64,000 nt of DNA from an uncultured Planctomycetota bacterium (GCA_963737655.1 CAVTTN010000002.1:4608001-4672000), one strand, 5' to 3'; counted from the stretch's first letter, positions 50,944 through 62,683 are shown. Program-made: numbers and translations. The notes: generated by a model not told the origin, from the letters alone.

Positions 50944-51017
50944 CGGAGGGGGTGGGATTCGAACCCACGGACGTTTTGAGGCGTCAGCGGTTTTCAAGAC
51001 CGCCCGGCGATCCCTCC
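50944..51017 (-). tRNA. tRNA-Ser(UGA)-like sequence lacking the D arm (probably an att remnant)
   Basis: GGAGGGA/CCCCTCC-G acceptor (6/7 pairs), GCGGT-CTTGAAA-ACCGC, long variable arm, GTGGG-TTCGAAT-CCCAC. Confidence 0.6.
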
Positions 51018-51194
51018 AAGACGATGCTATCAGACGACTTGCGGGGCGTCGAGACCTCCCCGGCAGCCCCACGGTTAGCGCGGCTGGAATCCGACCCCGA
51101 CTTCGCCCTGATCGCCGAGCGATGGGCCGACCTGCCCGAAGCCATCAAGGCCGGAATCCTCGCGATGGTCCGGGCCTCTGGACATCGGAAGTGA
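50952..51194 (+). CDS. Small ORF within the repeat (WADLPEAIKAGILAMV); start uncertain
   Basis: Amphipathic helical C-terminus present in both repeat copies; disrupted upstream in copy 1. Confidence 0.4.
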   Translation: MGFEPTDVLRRQRFSRPPGDPSKTMLSDDLRGVETSPAAPRLARLESDPDFALIAERWADLPEAIKAGILAMVRASGHRK

Positions 51195-51897
51195 GGTTCA
51201 CGGTCAATCCAAGCGCGGACCCTCCCCCTGGCCCCCTTGGGAGGCTCCGGGCGAGGGCCGCATTACCGGCCCCCTGCCCCATTCGACGGGGGCCGAGCGA
51301 ATCAAATGGGCTGAGCGGTCCGGTGGGGATGGCGAGGGGAGGAGAGCCGATCGAGGCGGGACGAATTCGCGGGCGGGATGACCCCGGCGCAAAAGTCCCC
51401 CGGTCCCCCGGGAGGGGGCTGGCAGGAGTACGACGTTTCGGAGCCGAAGCCTATTCGAGCGGGCCGACCTGGACCGTTCGAGAAGGGGACTTCGCCGGCC
51501 CCTAGACAATATTATCTCCGAACCCGATCGGATGTCTACCGGACCGACGCCCAATCCCGGGCATTGATCCCCAGGTACCGGCCGAGGTGGCGGAGATTGG
51601 ACGTGGCCACGATGACCGAATCGTCCGGCCTTCCGAGCGTCGCGGCAAGGGCTCACCGGCAGTCTACCAGATCCCCCGTCATCCGCCCTTCATGGGGCCT
51701 GGCGACGATTCGTGACAGGCTGGGCGATTCGCCGCCCGGAGCATTCTCTCATAGCCCGTTCGCAGTCCTACCCACTCGGAAGTTTGGCGGATAATCTGGA
51801 GAGGGCATGGGCGACGCTCCGAGACGGGGCGTGAGTGGCCCCGGTCGACGGCAAGGGGGCTTCACACGAGGCCGCGCGGAAAGGCCGGTCGCTTCGA

Positions 51898-52452
51898 ATG
51901 AACGATGTCACCCGCATCCTCTCGGCCATCGAGCGGGGCGACTCGCTCGCCGCCGAGCGGCTTCTCCCGTTGGTCTACGACGAGCTCCGCGTCCTGGCCG
52001 CCCGGAAGCTCGCGCGGGAGAAGCCGGGACAGACGCTCCAGGCGACCGCCCTGGTCCATGAGGCCTATCTGCGGCTCGTCGGGGCGGAGGACCCGGGCTG
52101 GAATGGCCGGGGGCACTTCTTCGCCGCCGCGGCCGAGGCGATGCGCCGGGTCCTGATCAACCGGGCGCGGGACCGCGGCCGACTGAAGCGGGGCGGCGAT
52201 CGCGGCAGGGTCGACCTCGAGAACTTGCGCGACCCGTTCGAGGCCCGCGACGAGGACCTGCTCGACCTGCACGAGGCGCTCGATCGACTGGCCGCGGCCT
52301 ACCCCCGGCCCGCCGAGCTGGTGAAACTGCGATTCTTCGCGGGGCTGAGCCTGGCCGACGCGGCGGCGACGCTCGGGATCTCCGCGCGGACCGCCGACCG
52401 CGAATGGATGTTCGCGCGGGCCTGGCTGCGAGACGCGTTGGGCCCGACGTGA
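51898..52452 (+). CDS. ECF sigma factor, planctomycete TIGR02999 type
   Basis: MNDVTRIL..LLPLVYDELR..TLQATALVHEAYLRL..FARAWL. Confidence 0.93.
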   Translation: MNDVTRILSAIERGDSLAAERLLPLVYDELRVLAARKLAREKPGQTLQATALVHEAYLRLVGAEDPGWNGRGHFFAAAAEAMRRVLINRARDRGRLKRGGDRGRVDLENLRDPFEARDEDLLDLHEALDRLAAAYPRPAELVKLRFFAGLSLADAAATLGISARTADREWMFARAWLRDALGPT

Positions 52453-52552
52453 CGCGTGGCGGGGAATCCGGAAAGAGACGTGGCGGACTCCCGCCTTCGA
52501 TGGGGCACTTCAAGCGGGGGACACTTCGACTCCGGGAAGGACGGGATCCGCC

Positions 52553-55500
52553 GTGAACGACGCCGATCAGCATCTCCTGACGATCTTCTCGACCGCGCTG
52601 GGCGCGACCCGGCCGGGGAGCGGGACGCGTACCTGGACGAGGCCTGCGCCGGGGCCCCGGCCTCCGGGATCGGGTCGAGGCCCTCCTGAGGGCCCACGAC
52701 CAGCCCGGGCGGTTCCTGGAGCCCGGCGATGCGGCCACGGTCGATGCCGCCCAGGGCCCGCCAGCACTCGGCGCGGATCAGCCCGACGTCTACGCCGCCC
52801 CGCCCGACGGTCTCGGCGCGACGCCCGACGGTGTCGGCGCGACGATCGGCCCGTACCGGCTGCTCCAGGTCATCGGCGAGGGCGGTATGGGCACCGTCTA
52901 CCTGGCCGAGCAGACGGCCCCGGTGAAGCGGGCCGTTGCCCTGAAGGTCATCAAGCCGGGGATGGACACGGGCCAGGTCGTCGCGCGATTCGAGGCCGAG
53001 CGGCAGGCCCTGGCGATGATGGACCACCCCTCGATCGCCAAGGTCTTCGACGCCGGGGCCACCGCGGCCGGGCGGCCGTACTTCGTGATGGAATTGGTCA
53101 AGGGCGTCCCGATCACGGAGTACTGCGACACCGTCCACCTGACGCCGAAGGAGCGCCTCGAGCTCTTCATCCCGGTCTGCGCGGCGGTGCAGCATGCGCA
53201 CCAAAAGGGGATCATCCATCGTGACATCAAGCCGTCGAACGTCCTGGTGGCGATGCAGGACGGCAAGCCGGTGCCGAAGGTGATCGACTTCGGGATCGCC
53301 AAGGCGACCGAGCAGAAGCTCACCGAGCGGTCGCTATTCACGCAGCACGGAGCGATCGTGGGCACGCTCGAATACATGAGCCCCGAGCAGGCCGAGATGT
53401 CGGCCCTCGGAGTGGACACGCGGACCGACGTGTACGCCCTGGGCGTGATGCTCTACGAGCTGCTGACCGGTTCCACGCCCCTGGAACGCGCCCGGCTGCG
53501 GGAATCCGCCTACGCGGCGATCCTCAAGCGCATCAGGGAGGAGGAGCCGCCGAAGCCGAGCACGAGGCTGAGCGAGTCGGGCGATTCGCTCTCGTCGGTG
53601 GCCGCCCAGCGGAGGACGGAGCCGTCGCGGCTGACGAAGCTGGTGCGAGGCGACCTCGACTGGATCGTGATGAAGTCGATCGAGAAGGACCGCGTCCGTC
53701 GCTACGAGACGGCCAACGGGCTGCGCGCGACATCCGCCGCTACCTCGACGGCGACGCGGTGGAGGCCTGCCCGCCGTCGGCGTCCTACAAGCTGTCGAAG
53801 TTCGCCCGCAAGCACCGGGCGGCGCTGGCGACGGCCGGGGCGTTCGCGCTGCTGCTCGTGGCGGCCACGGCGATCAGCGTCGGGCTGGCCATGTGGGCGG
53901 ATCGCGAGCGGGGCCGTGCCGTGAACGCCGAGAAATTGGCGAGGGCGCAGCAGGCCCGCGCCGAGGACCGCGAGCAGATGGCGATCGACGCCGTGAAGCG
54001 GTTCCGCGACTCGGTCGCCGGCGAGCCCGAGCTGAAGAACACGCCTGCGCTGGAGGGCCTACGGAAGCGCCTCCTGAAAGAGCCTTTGACGTTCTTCCGC
54101 GCCCTGCGCGACCGCCTGCAGGCCGACGGCGACACCCGCCCCGAATCCCTGGCACGCCTGGCCGATGCCAGCTACGACATGGGCGGCTTGATTTACGAGA
54201 TCGGTGACAAGCAGGACGCCCTGATCGCCTATCGAGAGGCGCTGGCCGTCCGACAACAACTGGTCGACACCCATCCCCTCGCCCCCGAGTACCAGGACAA
54301 GCTGGCGAGGACCTACAACAGCATTGGCGCCCTGCTGAGGGAGACCGGTGAGCCATCTGAGGCGATGAAGGCCATCGAAGCGGGGCGGGCTATCTTTCAG
54401 GCGCTGGCCGATGCCCACCCCACCGTCTCCGAGATCCGTGGCTACCTGGCGGACAGCCACTACAACATCGGCCTCCTCTTGAGCGAGACCGGGAAGCCGG
54501 CCGAGGCGATGAGGGCTTACGAGTCGGCGCTGACCATCCGCCAGAAGTTGGCCGACGCCGACCCCTCCAACGACGGATTCCAAAGCAAGGTGGCGATCAG
54601 TCAAAATAGCATGGGTAGTCTGCTGAGCGAGACCGGAAGGTTGGGTGAGGCGCTGAAGAGCCTCGAATCGGGGCTGCGGATCCGCCAGAGGCTGGCCGAA
54701 GCCAACCTGTCCAACACCACATACCAGCACAACCTGGCGATGAGCCACTTCAACGTCGCCATCTTGCTGAGGACCACCGGTAGGATGCAGGAGGCGCTGA
54801 ATGAGTATAAGTCGGCACGGGCGATCCGGCAAAGGCTAGCCGACGCCAACCCCTCCGTCACCGCGTTCCAGAGTCACGTGGCCGGCAGCCACAATAACAT
54901 CGGCATCTTGCTGCGGGAGATGGGAAAACCGACCGAGGCGCTCACGGCCTTCGAGTCGGTCATAGCGATTCAGAGAAAGCTCGCGGACTCCAATTCCTCC
55001 GTGATCGAGTTTCAGAGCGGCCTGTCGGACGGATACGTCAACCTCGCCGGATTGCTTTACGAAACCGGGAAGCCGGCCGAGGCGATGAGGGCCTACAAGT
55101 CGGCGCTAACCATCCGCAAAAAGTTGGCCGACGCCAACCCCTCCGTCACCGCGCTCCAGAGCGCCCTGGCGACGATCCACAACAACATCGGCGGCCTGTC
55201 GAGCGAGACCGGGGAGCCGGACAAGGCATTGAGGGCCTACGAGGAGGCGCTGACGATCCGACGGAGGCTGGCCGACGACAATCCCTCCGTCATCGACTTC
55301 CAGTTCGCCGTGGCTTACATCCACTTCAACATCGGCAACCTGATGAGCGGGACCTCCAGGCCGGCCGAGGCGATGAGGGCCTACGATCAGGCGATGCCGA
55401 TCCTGAGGGCGCTCGTGCGCGATCACCCCGAATCGCCCGATTTCGCGAGCCTCCTGGGCGTGACCCTGAATAACATCGCCAACATCGACCTGGCGGCGAT

Positions 55501-56227
55501 GAGATTCCAGGATGCCCGCGATCGACTCCTCGAGTCGGCGAAATGGCAGAGCGTGGCCCTCGCCGCCGTCCCTACGAACCCGACTTATCGCGCCTACCAG
55601 GTCCACAACCTGGAAAGCGTCGTCATGGTGAGCCAAGCACTCGGTGATACGAAAGGTGTCATCGAGGCCGAGCGTGAGCTCCGGGAACTCCGGGATTCGG
55701 ACCCCTCGATGGCGGGCCTGGACGCCCGACTCGCGGCCATCATCCGTGGCGATCAACGACCCGAGGACGATGCCGAACGGCTGCGACTGGCACAGCGAGC
55801 CTTCGACAAGGCGCTGCACGCAACGGCCTCCCGGCTCAGGGCCGAGGCCCTCGCGTCTACGCCCGGGCTGGGCGACGATAGGAAGGCGCAACATCGCTAC
55901 GACGCCGCCTGCGCCGCCGCCCTCGCCGCCTGCGGCCAGGGTCAGGATGAGCACAAGCCCGACGAAGCCGGCCGAGTCGGGCTCCGCCGCCAGGCCCTCG
56001 ATTGGCTCCGGGACGAGCTGTCGGCGTGGAGGCGGGTCGCGATGACGGCCGAGCCAGGAAACAAGGAGGTCGTCGCGAAGACGCTCCAGCACTGGAAGAC
56101 CGACCGCGACCTCGCCGGCCTCCGCGACCCCGAGCACCTGGCCAGGCTCCCGGAGGAGGAACGCGAGGCGTTCCGGCGGCTCTGGGCCGACGTCGATGCC
56201 CTCCTGGCCAGGGCCGAGGGCCGATAG
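52553..56227 (+). CDS. Ser/Thr protein kinase with TM helix and TPR repeats; frameshifts in 52600-52800 and near 53725
   Basis: [11 protein letters not shown]-domain; [25 protein letters not shown]; TPRs; [23 protein letters not shown] tail. Confidence 0.9.
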
Positions 56228-56400
56228 CCCGCCGGCGTGGCGCCCCCACCGATTCATGACGCAGGCGACCGGGCCGCCCATCGCGGGCAAGCCGCGCGGT
56301 GGCCCGCGCCCGGGATCGCGGTACGTCAAGTCCCGTCCGGCATCCGAACGAGTCGATCCTCACGCATCGGTCACCCCCTCACCTCGAAAGGGCCAACGTC

Positions 56401-59400
56401 ATGGATACGAATTCCCGCGCGTCTCGCCGACTTCCCGATTTCATCCGCCGACGGCCAGCCGGCACCCGTTACCGTCCCTCGATGGAGCCGCTGGAGGCCC
56501 GCTCCCTGCTCACTACCTTCAGCGTGATCAACACCAACGACAGCGGCGCCGGCTCGCTCCGGCAGGCGATCCTGGACGCAAACGACACGGTCGCGTCCCC
56601 CGGCCCGGATACGATCATCTTTGACATCCCCGGCGCGGGTGTGCACACGATCACGCCGCAGTCGGACCTGACGATCACCGACCCGGTGACGATCGACGGT
56701 TACACCCAGCCCGGTGCGCGAGCCAACACGCTGGCGATCGGCAGCGACGCCGTGCTCCTGATCGAGATCGACGGGCTTGGCGACGCAAACGGCACCGGGA
56801 TCACCCTCGGCGGCGGCGACAGCACGCTCCGCGGCCTGGTCATCAATCGGTTCACCACCGGGGTCATCGCCGACTCCGATCGCAACGTGATCGCCGGCAA
56901 CTTCGTCGGCACCGACGCGGCCGGCGTTGCCGACCTGGGCAACCTCTTGAACGGGATCGTGATCGTATCGGGGGCGGGCAACCTCGTCGGAGGCGCATCG
57001 GCCGCCGCGCGGAATGTTGTTTCGGGCAACGTCGAGAACAATATCGTCGTGGGGGGGTTCGATACGAACTTCACGCCATCCCCCGCCAGGACGATCATCC
57101 AGGGCAACTATGTCGGGACGAACGCCGCGGGGACGAGCCGGGTCGAATCGGGGGGAGGCCAAATCGGAGGCGACGGCATCCTCCTGACTTCGGGGGACGG
57201 CACCGTCATCGGAGGAGCGTCGGCGTACGCGCGAAACGTGATCTCCGGTAACACGGGCAGGGGCATCTTCTGCCGTGACAACAATACCAATCTGACGATC
57301 CAGGGCAACTTCATCGGCGTCGACGCGACCGGGGCCGTGGCGCTAGGGAACCATCAGGTCGGAATCTCGGTGACGTCCGGCACCACCCCCGCCGACGGCT
57401 TCACGATCGGCGGCACCGCGACCGGGGCCGGCAACGTGATCTCGGGCAACACCGAGGAAGGCGTTTCCATCTCGGCTCGCGACCTGGTCTTCCAGGGCAA
57501 CTTCGTCGGCACCAACGCCGCGGGGACTGCGGTGATCGGCAACGGCTCGATCGGAGTCCACATCGCCAACGGCGGCAATCCGGACGGCCCGCGCAACGAC
57601 CTCATCGGCGGGACGACGGCCGCCGCAAGGAACGTGATCGCGGGGAACGGCGCGGGGCCGGGGACAGCCACCGGGGGCATCCTCATCACGGGGATCGACC
57701 TCGGGACCAAGCTCGTGCAGGGGAATTTCATCGGCACCCTGGCCGACGGCGTTACCCCGGCCGGCAACAACGGCTTCGGCGTCGAGGTCGCGGATCGGGC
57801 CACGATCGGCGGCACCGCGGCCGGTTCCGGCAACGTGATCGCCAACAACACGAGCGCCGGGGTGGTGGTGGGAGGGGACGGCTTCCCGCCCTATCCTACC
57901 GGGATTTCGATCTCGGGGAATTCCATCTACAACAACGTCGTGGCCGGGATCGCCCTGGGCATCAACCCGTTCACCAATGGCCCCCTCCCCCCACCTCCCA
58001 ACGACCCCGGCGACAACGACACCGGGGCGAACAACCTCCAGAACTACCCGCTTGTCAGCTCGGTCGTCCTCTCCGCCGGCGGCGCGATGGTAAACGGAAC
58101 CCTGAACAGCCAGCCGTCGACCGCCTACGCGATCGAATTCTTCTCGAACGTCTCGCTCGACCCGGCCGTGCCCAACGGGAGGCAGACGTTCCTCGGCACG
58201 ACCACGGTGACGACCGATGCGGCGGGCAACATCGCCTTCTCGGCCCAAGTGGCCGCTCCCCCGGCGGGCCAGTCGCTCGTGACGGCCACCGCCACCGATC
58301 CGGACGGCAACACCTCGATCTTCTCCATCATTCCGGCCATCGTCGTCGCCCCCGCCACGACCGCCGACCTCGCCGTCACGATCGGCGGCACGCCCGACCC
58401 GGTCGTCGCGGGGGCCGTCCTGTCCTACGCCATCACTCTCACCAACGCCGGACCCAACGATGCCCAGGGCGTGACGCTGACCGACGCGATCCCGGCCAAC
58501 ACGACATTCCTCTCCTTCACCGCCCCGCCCGGCTGGACGGCCACGACCCCGACCGTCGGCGGCGCGGGCAACGTCTCCGCGATCGTCGCGAGCCTGGCCA
58601 ACGGCGCGGTTGCGACCTTCACGTTGTCCGTGCGTGTCTCCCCCGACACCCCCGGCGGAGCGACCATCGCGGATACGAGCGCCGCGACCGCGACTACGGG
58701 CGACCCCAATCCGGCCAACAACTCCGCCACCGGTTCCGTTGGGGTCGTCACGCCCGTGGTCCCGACCGCCGACCTCGCCGTCACTGCGACCGCCGGCCCC
58801 GGCCCCCTGATCGTTGGCGACAGCGTCGTCTACACGATCATCGGCACGAATCTCGGGCCGGATGCGGCCACCGGCGCGGTCATGACCGACACGTTGCCGG
58901 ACGGCGTGGACTTCCTCTCGGCGAGCGTCGGGACCTTCGATCCCGCGTCCCGGACGCTCACGGCCAGCCTCGGCAACCTGGCGCGGGGTCTCGTGCGACG
59001 GTGACGATCACCGCGAGGGCCAACACTGCGGGGATGCTCACCGACATCGCCCACATCCAGGGCAACGAGGCCGACCCGGACCCGGCCAATAACTCGTCGT
59101 CCACGACGATCGCGGTGAACTCACCGTCTTCCCCGGCCAGCGTCGACCTCGCGGTGAATGGCCTTGCCGCGCCTGAACCGGTCGTGATCGGCCAGGAACT
59201 GACCTACACGCTAACGGTCGCCGTTCGCGGGGCGTCCGGCCCGGCCACCGGAGTGACCCTGGTCGACACCTTGCCGGTCGGGGTGGGCTTCGTCTCGACG
59301 AGCCGTGGTCAATTCGATCCGTCACGCCGCGCGGTCACGGCCAACCTCGGCACGCTCGCCGCCGGGGCCTCGGACACGGTGACGATCGTCGTGAGGCCCA

Positions 59401-60002
59401 CGACGGCCGGCGTGCTGGAGGATACGGCAGCAGCCACAGCCAACGAAAACGACCCTGACCTGGCCAACAATCGAGTCGTCGTCCCCAGCACGGTGGCGAC
59501 ACCTACACCCCTCGTCCCCGGCACCGTGGCGACACCTACACCCCTCGTCCCCGGCACCGTGGGGACGCCTACGCCCCTCGCGCCGGAGGCGTCGCCGATG
59601 GTCCTGAGCGTGCAACGCTTCGGCATCCACGAGCAGCTCACGAGGCTGGTGCTGCGCTTCAGCGCCGCGCTGGACCCGGCCCGCGCCCTGGACCCGCGAA
59701 GCTACCGCATCATCGGCCCCGGAGGCCGGCCGATCGCCGTGGACTCTGCCGTCTACGATGCGACGGCGAGGACCGTCACCCTGCACCCGCATACGCGACT
59801 GGACGTGCACCGTCGCTACCGTCTGACGGCCTACGGCACCGGAACGCGCGCGTTGGTCGGCACATCCGGCGTCCTCCTGGACGGTACTCGTACTGGTCGC
59901 CCCGGCAGCGACTTCGCAACGATCGTCGATCGGAGCGTCCTGGTCCTGCCTGACTCCACCCATACGGGCGTCCGGAGTCGCTCGTCCCGGGGCGGGTCTT
60001 GA
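56401..60002 (+). CDS. Large exported beta-helix/DUF11-repeat protein with LEPR-xLL N-terminus; frameshift near 58990
   Basis: MEPLEARSLLT; NDSGAGSLRQAI; QGNFIGT/NVISGN repeats; three ADLAVT..DPDPANNS DUF11-like units. Confidence 0.87.
59489..59581 (+). repeat. 33-bp tandem repeat, about 3 copies (TVATPTPLVPG linker)
   Basis: CACCGTGGCGACACCTACACCCCTCGTCCCCGG units, in frame. Confidence 0.85.
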
Positions 60003-60139
60003 TCTCCGAGCCACTCGGAGAGGTTGACTCCCGTTCGCGCGACCGGGGTGCGCCTTCTTGCGCAGTTGATGCACCCGACCTCACAGCCATTTGAAGGGGT
60101 CAGCACCTCGAGCCGCCCAGCTTGTCACGAATCGTTGCG

Positions 60140-60500
60140 GTGCACCGTCGTTGCTCATCTCGACCTTGTAGCTTCCTTGCTTCATCAGTTCCGGCGCCAG
60201 CAACATGGCCAGCCGCAACTGACCCGGGCCGATCAATCGGCCCAGGTTGCGTTTCACCTCGCTGTAGGCGGCGTAGTCATGGGCGAAGTTGCGGTTGATC
60301 TCCCGAGGCCGTCGCCACGTCGAACCGAGCGGTGATCAGCCGGAGGATCCCAGGGTCCGCCTCGGCCAGCTCCATCAGGAGATCCACCAGCTCGGCTTTC
60401 TTGCAGCGCATCGGCGCCGCGCACAGCGCGGCCGTCGGACCAGGTGGCTTCCGAGAGGGGACCACTTCGCGGGGCCGGGACCGGGCCTGGGCATGGCCTC
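60140..60500 (-). pseudogene. Decayed hypothetical gene beside the IS66
   Basis: KAELVDLLMELAEAD..ITARFDV continues out of frame as INRNFAHDYAAYSEVKRNLGRL..ELMKQGSYKVEMS. Confidence 0.45.
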
Positions 60501-60523
60501 GATTCCGTGTGGTGGTGCCTTCC

Positions 60524-62200
60524 TCAATGGGGATCAATTCGTACGGTCTGGCCCGAATGGTCAACGCTCAGACCAAGGGCGTCGCGGTAGTTCCACGGCA
60601 TCCAGCGCTCAGGACTGGCCGAGATCGCCTCGGCGTGCCGCTGCAGCCGGGTCAGGTAGTCGAACGGGTTGGCCCGGTTCAACTGGCAGGTGTAGATCAG
60701 GCTCATGAACAGTTCGCCGACACGGGCGCCATTCTGCGTCTCGTAAAATAGCGCGTTCTTTCGGTGCAGGATCGCCTTCTTCAACGCCCGCTCGCATAGG
60801 TTGTTGTCCAGCGGCGCACCGGCCCGACGCAGGAACAGCGTCAGCTCCTCCCAGTGCTTGAGCATGTAAGTGATCGCGCCGCCTAGGGCCGAATTGGGCC
60901 CGGTCCGCTTCTCCTCCAGTTGCCGCGTCAGCCAGTCGCGCAGCGCATGCATCGTCGGCCCGCTCGCTTCCTGATGGAGCCGCAGACGGGCCTCGGGCGA
61001 CAGCCGACGCTCCCGCGCCACGGCGTCGTTGCGATAGACCACAGCCAGCGATTCGAGCAGGTGGCGGCACGGCTCGGGAAATCGATCATGGACGTCGACG
61101 AACCGCCGCCGGGCATGGGCCAGGCACTGCGCCAGGATCGGCTCCAGCTCGGCCGGCAGGTTGCGCGAGAGCGCGTCGCACATCTGGATCGGTGGCGGCA
61201 ACGTCTCGGCGCGGTGCTTGAGAACCTCCGCGAGGTTCTCGCCCGCGTGCCGGCGGCCGCTGAAGAACAGCGCGACCCGGCGGCCGTCGCGCAGCGCCAC
61301 CACGCCGGAGGTGTACAGGCCCCGGCGCCGATCGGCGTCACTCAGGTCTTCCGCGGCACCGTCCGGGACCTCGTGCCGGCCTCGTTCCCCCATCAGCTCG
61401 AGGATCTTGACCGTGGTGTCGTCGTTGTGCACCACCTCCCCCTGCGCCGCCTGACGGATCAACTCCGCGAACGCCGGGGCCAGGTCCACCGCGACGACCC
61501 GCACGATGTCCCACTGGGTCGAGGCCGGCAGCGGGACGCCCAGGTCCCCCTGCAGGCCATCGAGCCGGTTGAACGGCAGTCCGCTTCCGTATTTCAAGAG
61601 CCCGATCATGCTGCCGGCCGTGGCGTCGTACTTCCTGCCGCCGGCCGCTGCGGGCGCGGGTGCGGTGAAGACCCGGCCGCAGAGATGGCATCGCAGCTTT
61701 TGCAACCGGTAGACCTTGGCCGCCAGCGGCGGCGGCCCGGTGATCCGCACGAGCACGCCCGGGGCCTTGTCATAGACGATGCCCTGACCGCAGTCGGGAC
61801 ACGCTTCGCCCGCACGGAGCGACGGGTGCACAACGTCGATCTCCGTGCCACATGTGTATGAGTCGGCTCCGTTGCGTCCGTGACCCTTGGAGGCCGCGGC
61901 GTCCGATTCGTCGCCGCTCCCATCGCCGGCAGCCGATCCGGTCTCGGCGGCGGCATCGGGCGTCTTGATCTTCGGCCCCACCACGGCGTCGGTCTTCTCC
62001 GTGCGCGCCCCGAAGAACAGCTGGCGGAGCCGGCGAATCGAGGTGTTCTTGTCATCCACCAGGTCGGACACGTAGGCGTACGACGCGAAGACCGCACGGA
62101 TCAGCGCGGGGTCCTCCTCGTCGAGCGCTTGCTCGACGCGGCGCAGGACGTCCTCCAATCGGGCGCTATCCACCTCGACGAGCTCCGGCGCGTTTCGCAT
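60524..62200 (-). CDS. tnpC: IS66 transposase
   Basis: LFFGARTEK, CPDCG zinc finger, HNDDT, CLAHARRRF, DNNLCERALK, WMPWNY. Confidence 0.93.
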   Translation of the reverse strand: MRNAPELVEVDSARLEDVLRRVEQALDEEDPALIRAVFASYAYVSDLVDDKNTSIRRLRQLFFGARTEKTDAVVGPKIKTPDAAAETGSAAGDGSGDESDAAASKGHGRNGADSYTCGTEIDVVHPSLRAGEACPDCGQGIVYDKAPGVLVRITGPPPLAAKVYRLQKLRCHLCGRVFTAPAPAAAGGRKYDATAGSMIGLLKYGSGLPFNRLDGLQGDLGVPLPASTQWDIVRVVAVDLAPAFAELIRQAAQGEVVHNDDTTVKILELMGERGRHEVPDGAAEDLSDADRRRGLYTSGVVALRDGRRVALFFSGRRHAGENLAEVLKHRAETLPPPIQMCDALSRNLPAELEPILAQCLAHARRRFVDVHDRFPEPCRHLLESLAVVYRNDAVARERRLSPEARLRLHQEASGPTMHALRDWLTRQLEEKRTGPNSALGGAITYMLKHWEELTLFLRRAGAPLDNNLCERALKKAILHRKNALFYETQNGARVGELFMSLIYTCQLNRANPFDYLTRLQRHAEAISASPERWMPWNYRDALGLSVDHSGQTVRIDPH

Positions 62201-62320
62201 CCCGGCGACCGGCGGAAAAGATTGACGTCGCCGACCGTCTCCCCGGGGCCGCCTCGGCATGGCATCCAGGCTCCAGTGGAGCAAGGCGGAGGCCATCTCG
62301 CAAGAGTCCAGGACGGCGGG

Positions 62321-62683
62321 TCAGGTCAAAGGACCCACCGGCCGCCAGTCGGCCGCCGCGCCGGTTCGCGTCGGGTCGCCGGCCGAGAGCAGGACCGCCA
62401 GCTGATGCGCGGCCAGGCGGTGGGCCGTGCCCTCGGCGGCCGAGGGCCACCACGGGAGGCGGCCTTGCGAGAGCCGCTTGTGGCAGAGCCAAAATCCCTG
62501 GCCGTCGTACATGAGCAGATTCAGCGCCGTCGCCCTGCGATTGCGGAAGACGAAGTCGGCACCGGCGAACGGGTCGTGCTGTAGGATCTCCTGACAGAGC
62601 CGCGCCAGGCCGTCGATCCCGCGGCGAAAATCGGCCGGCTCGACGGCGACGAGGATCTTCATCTGAGGTGTGATCTGGAGCAT
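62321..62683 (-). CDS. tnpB: IS66 accessory protein
   Basis: DFRRGIDGL, FVFRNRR, YDGQGFWLCHKRL. Confidence 0.93.
   Translation of the reverse strand: MLQITPQMKILVAVEPADFRRGIDGLARLCQEILQHDPFAGADFVFRNRRATALNLLMYDGQGFWLCHKRLSQGRLPWWPSAAEGTAHRLAAHQLAVLLSAGDPTRTGAAADWRPVGPLT

Larger units (their letters stand above)
50941..51414. repeat. Direct repeat copy 2 (~470 bp), att-like
   Basis: Aligns with 41109-41581. Confidence 0.9.

Noticed and set aside
52801..52842. 21-bp tandem duplication in the kinase linker, and near-identical TPR units near 54485 and 55064
   Set aside because: Ordinary in-frame intragenic repeats; no reverse transcriptase or adenine-specific variation to suggest a DGR.
60520..60570. 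Second terminal inverted repeat and target duplication of the IS66
   Set aside because: No convincing match to the GCAAGCGTGCATG end was found by eye.
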